Source of the DNA: Dicyema japonicum
Taxonomy: Eukaryota > Animalia > Dicyemida
Length of the DNA stretch: 64,000 nucleotides
NCBI GenBank assembly: GCA_011109175.1
Contig: RDEW01000033.1
Coordinates: 248,001-312,000 of the forward strand
Direction: 5' to 3'
In this document: positions 59,220 through 64,000 of the stretch, one piece after another
Position numbering within the stretch: position 1 is the stretch's first letter
Layout: every line of letters starts with the position of its first letter
Notes under the pieces: model-generated
What the model saw: the letters and a program-made list of their open reading frames with translations, nothing else
The model's database searches: none
Told to the model about the DNA's origin: nothing
Program-made: the position numbers and the translations under genes

Positions 59220-60052
59220 TTTTATGTTTTCTCAGGAGTGCTTTTTAATAACAATAATAATAAAGAAAAAACGTTAGTCAATTATTTTGCAGTCTTAATT
59301 TTCCGCCGTAGACACTATGAAGTCAGGTTTAGTTGACTACTTACTATTTATGTCATTAACCATACCGTAATCACGAGTCCTAATTTATTTACGAATATGA
59401 TTAGTTTAATGTAAATTTTTTAAAGTAAATTTTTATTTCTCAAAAACAAAAAAATCAATAAAAATTGATCCCTGACGACATAATCGACGTTGCGTTGCCT
59501 CTCAGATTACAACAGAGATTAACTGGAGAAGCCACTGAGTCTCACGTAAAATTAATTAAGTTTTTTAAAAATTAAAGACAAAAACCCAAAACTAATAATA
59601 ATAAAGCTTTTTCACGAGAGCCCTGACTGCGTGGTTATTCCCTCTCAGGATGGAGAACGAGATTCACTGTGGTAAATTAACACCATCAATTAAAACAACA
59701 GGTCAGACAATAGAGACAACCTAAATCACTTTGATTTACAGTAAATCCAAATATTAATTTTCAAAGTGCTGATAAATATTATAAACGAAATCAATTTAAA
59801 ATAATCGATGTTTCCGATTATTAGTAAAAAGCTATTATTATTGACAATTTGAATAATTAACCACTCCCAATTATTATTTGGCAATTATTAGAGACTTTGA
59901 TGGTCGGAGAATCAATTAGGTTTTTGATTGAGGAATCCGATTACTCAAGAAATTGATGGCGACTCCTGTAATTAAATGCGCAATAGACTTTAATTGATAA
60001 TTTTACGAACAAGAAGCATTTAAATGTCGTAACACTGCAGATTATTATCAGA

Positions 60053-61553
60053 ATGCTACAGCTGTTCGTCTGTCTGCTGTTTTTAGGTATTTTTATTTAA
60101 TATAGTAGTTCGGCCGACTGTCGAATTGAAGCTAAGTGTGTCAACATCCTACTCTGAGATTGGTCACTTTGTGTCTGTAACCTGTTCTTCTGAGAATCCA
60201 AACGAAAATAAATTTTGGCTGAAGGATGGAATCAAACTAGAATCAAAGTATAAACTATAATAATCCAGTGAAACGTACATCCTCTATGGATATGAAAACA
60301 AACTGACCATGTTTATTAACGTTGACATACACACACTGGGGGATTATATCTGTAAAGGTGACAGTGGAGAGACTGAGAAATACTCCCTTCATCTAAATTG
60401 TAAGCATAATACGTTATTTAGCTGAAATTATTGAATTTAAAGATTGTCCCCATCAATATTATCATAAACATGGAGAAAGGGTGCTATTGAATTGTTCTGC
60501 AGTCTTTAAGGAGAAAGGGGGATATGTTCTGTGGCATAAGGATGGGAGAAATATAGGATATTGTGAATTTAATTTGAGAGCCAAAAATAATCGAATTGAA
60601 GTCCTCAATGAGGGTCTACTTATTAGTGCAGTAACATACGAGGATGACGGAGTATACACGATAACAGGAATCAGTCCAGGTTTCTTTAAAAGAAGTAAGG
60701 AAATGAAACTGACCGTACAATGTATTATAATATTAATATTTTAGATGGACCCACTCTATCATTCAACAGGAATTATCTGAAAAGTGGGGTTTCCGATGAG
60801 ATTTCCTGTATTGCGCACTCTAAGCCCCAATCTAATGTGACCTTGTATGTTAATGGAGTGATAAAACCAGTAAGATGATCAATAATAGCAGATATACCAT
60901 GAGGGTATCACTACTGACAGATTCACAATAACAGAATCAATCATTAAATTTGAAAATGTGACAGACTCACAATACAACATTACATGCGCAGCAGATAATG
61001 GATTTGATCAAAGACAGATTACTCAGTATTTCATAACTAAAGGTAATCAATATAACCCATTTTAGATGTCCCTAGTATGCATCCCTTATCTGTTATGGGA
61101 AGTTTGGTCAAATGGAAAGTAAGGAATCTAAATGGAGCTGATATCACCCAATATTTCGTCACAGTTGAGTCCCCTAATGTTCATTTTCTGGGTTTATTAG
61201 TTAGAGTTTTGTAATTGTGCCACTCAATTCTTCGGTTATGCAAATAAATGTGATGTGCTATGTGAATATGTCAGGTCAATACAATGTGAGTCTGGTCGCA
61301 GAGAATAATATAGGGAAATCAATCCCTGTCCAATCAACAGTTTTCATTACGCGTACTTTATTTGATTTTATTTAGTCCTCCGAGACCTGTTTATCAGAAT
61401 ACTGACTTTGTGACCTCAATAGTTGCCCCCGTGGTCATTGCTGTGTTTGTGATAATTGTCGCTATTGTGGTTGTCCTAAAGAACAAAAGTAAAGGAAGAA
61501 AAGGGAACAAAGTAAATGAGATCCAACAAGTTCCTAGTTTACTGAGCGTATGA
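60053..61553 (+). CDS. Immunoglobulin-superfamily cell-adhesion molecule: signal peptide, 3 Ig, 1 FN3, TM, short tail
   Basis: Ig1 VTC..WLKDG..GDYIC; Ig2 LNC..WHKDG..DDGVYTI; Ig3 ISC..YNITCAADNG; FN3 VKWK..YFV..YNVSLVAENNIG; TM IVAPVVIAVFVIIVAIVVVL. About 7-8 introns of 21-26 nt. Confidence 0.85.
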
Positions 61554-62739
61554 CTTGATTTGTTGTTTGGTTAAATTTTGATTATATTTACTCGAAATTC
61601 CTAAGCACATCCCTCATCCAAGATGCATTGCAGGCTTTATTAAAATAATAAGTGAGAATTAAGGTAGAAAAGGTGGCTCGAATAATGAATCCCCCACAAT
61701 GTCAACTATGACTAGTATAGCATCCCTAACCATTAGAAGATGTCGTGGATCACTCAGTAAATCAATTAGACTTAAAGGCAGGTGTATTTTCCACATTATC
61801 CACCCACCATAATTACTCATTAATTTAAAACGCATATCTAAAATCTTTATCACACTAATTTAAGTCTGTGGGGAGCCTATCATCGAAATAATAATTTATT
61901 AATCCCTAAATCACGAGAAAGAGGATAAGAATTATCGTCTAATTAAGTGATCCCGGTCTCATAGCAGTCCTTTTCCTGCGGTTAGTTTTGGAGTCCTGGA
62001 TTAATCTCTATGACATACTAATGTGGGAGGTAATGGCTAACATGTTCATCTAAACACGTGGTTTATGGAAGACTTTTTAATTTGAATAAAATGACCACAA
62101 TTATAATTAGCACGTGTTATGACGATAAAATTTTTTAGACTCGTATAAATCTATTTCACAACATTAAGGTAATGATTATTTGTTAGTTATTCTTATTTAA
62201 TACTTGTAGGCAGTCGAATCAGAGTTACCCCCTAAAATCGCCTTTGAAAGTATTTGATAGAACCTCCCGATACGTTCTTCCCTTGAACGATCGTCTCTTA
62301 AACTATCTCCCTATTTTGAAAAATACCTTATTTCTTTTTTTTCTGGAAGAATTGGTCGGAGTCTCTTGTCAACATAAGAATCCCTGTTATCTCCCAAATT
62401 GTTTCCCTAAGGTTTCAGGCCTTCTCCAATCTTGTCTAATCACCCCATTCCAGTGACACTATCGTCTTGATGTATAGTGACAACATTATAGTCGCTTGTC
62501 GTATTCCGTATTCAGCATCTGGCATCAAGAGATATAAATGCAATTGCCACTCTTACAATTCGCAGAATCAAAATGATTTACTTGACTTACCCCTATTCTC
62601 AGATTAACTCCGAAAACTACCAACAAATTACAACTTTTAAGAATTCTCTCAATATCCTCGATGCAAAGAATCACTCTACAACTCAATGAGAAATAAACTG
62701 TCTTAATAGCGGCAGAAAACTACCTTTCTGGATCAAGAT

Positions 62740-63365
62740 TATGGTGGGGAAATGAGAACAGCGGATGACCTCGATGAACTACGGAAGCAAGCGAGAAGGA
62801 AAAGCAGAGAATTGTTAGAACGGATAGTAAAGACACAATGCGGGAAAACAGTCGATGCGAAGGAATTGCACCCACTGTCCTGCAGAAGAAGCGCCGAAAG
62901 GGGACCACGTCATGCTGCTCTGACCGATGTGATCGTCAGAGCTCTGAAGGCTACAGGCTTTCCAGCACAGCTTGAACCAGTGGGTCTTGACCGAGGAGAT
63001 GGAAAAAGACCTGACGGGATGACCCTTTTCCCTTCACGTCTGGAAGATCTTTGGTCTGGGACGCAACTTGTGTAGACACGTTCTCAAGCACGAATATTTT
63101 CAAATCGGTTCAGACACCTGGAGCAGCTGCTTCGACTGCGGAGAACCTATTTCTTGCCTCGGGTATCGCTAACAATTTACTTCTGTTGCGACCGAATCAT
63201 CGGGAGCTGTTGGTCCAATGACGGCTGAGTTCTTGCGAGAACTCGGAGGATTGCTTGCCAGAAAGAAAAGGGATCAACGAGAAGGGTTATGGCTAAGACA
63301 AAAGATTGGAATGGCCATACTCCGAGGGAACTCGTTCGCAATTCACGCAGCAGGCTTTCAACTGA
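62740..63365 (+). mobile_element. CRE-like RLE retrotransposon 3' end (endonuclease domain)
   Basis: Reads [13 protein letters not shown]...[30 protein letters not shown] and LRQKIGMAILRGNS. Confidence 0.88.
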
Positions 63366-64000
63366 CATCTGTTTAATTGTTAAAAAATTATTTTGTTAAA
63401 AAAACACAACATTTGAACTCACAAATACTTAACCAATATAAACAAAGCTATAGCATATCAGCAACGCATGAGATAACATGGTGACTTGTTAGTTCCAAAT
63501 AATACTGATTAGATTAATATACGAATTTCCCGCTAATTTGTGAATGTGGATTGATATCCCATTCTCAATCAAAATTTTATCTAATCGAAAATATAAAAAT
63601 TATTGAAATAATGTGGTAAATCAAAAATTGACAAAATTATCGCTTGATTAGATTAAATAACGTCAAAATCAATTTCCGCATAAAATCATGAAATTCTTAG
63701 GAAGAATTTATTAAACGTTACACTATTCAAAGACTTAACTTTTATTCCCTAACAAATATGTTATTTGAGAGTTTTTCGAATCATTCTATTTTATTTGACA
63801 ATTGTGTTCCATGTGATCTGTTCATTTATTATTATTTAAATTTTCCACAATCGTTTATTATACAGTTATCCTGATATGTAGAAAGTGATTCTTCTAAGAG
63901 GAGAAATGTTATGAGAACATTTTGGTTAAATAGCTGCAGTAATCTCTTTTTACTGAGATATTTAATCGACTGAGATAACTGAAAATTGGGAATTTTGAAT

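Noticed and set aside
60256-60263. Tandem TAA TAA inside the IgCAM frame as a pseudogene or readthrough signal
   Set aside because: Both fall inside a canonical 21-nt GT-AG intron.
61659-61853. Minus-strand ORF ending in DSLFEPPFLP
   Set aside because: No recognisable domain and exons could not be linked; may be a real small gene but is unsupported.
1-64000. CRISPR arrays, operons, prophage or endogenous viral genes
   Set aside because: None seen. The sequence is intron-containing eukaryotic DNA, and all RT or endonuclease hits are explained by non-LTR retrotransposons. Most antisense ORFs in the supplied track are shadows of these elements.

Overview
AT-rich eukaryotic nuclear DNA, not prokaryotic: no CRISPR array or operon was seen. 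It comes from a highly streamlined animal. The window holds IgSF, tetraspanin, FHL, Piwi and TFIIE-beta genes, and every gene I could reconstruct is split by ultra-short 20-27 nt introns. That fits a myxozoan cnidarian or another reduced metazoan parasite such as a dicyemid (inference, not verified). Host genes recognised by hand-splicing: Piwi-clade Argonaute (6710-9302), DNA ligase IV (12220-14318), four-and-a-half-LIM protein, an SLC29/ENT nucleoside transporter, a GATA-finger (p66-like) ORF, an atypical Rho-family GTPase, TFIIE-beta, a tetraspanin, an Ig/FN3 adhesion molecule and tRNA-Pro(AGG). By rough tally 40-50% of the window is decayed transposable elements: R4/Dong-like and CRE-like RLE retrotransposons, RTE elements, an RNaseH-less APE+RT LINE family, pogo/Tigger, MULE and a hAT remnant. 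These include a four-level nested insertion at 44.4-48.9 kb with readable target-site duplications and several internally deleted, bipartite retroelement derivatives. Six conserved genes carry single-base indels in short homopolymers. This most likely reflects assembly error, so frameshift-based and single-nucleotide claims need read-level checks. I found no clearly new multi-gene system. The strongest leads are the tiny-intron and non-canonical splicing pattern, the stripped-down but catalytically intact Piwi, the single-BRCT LIG4 and the bipartite retroposon cassettes.
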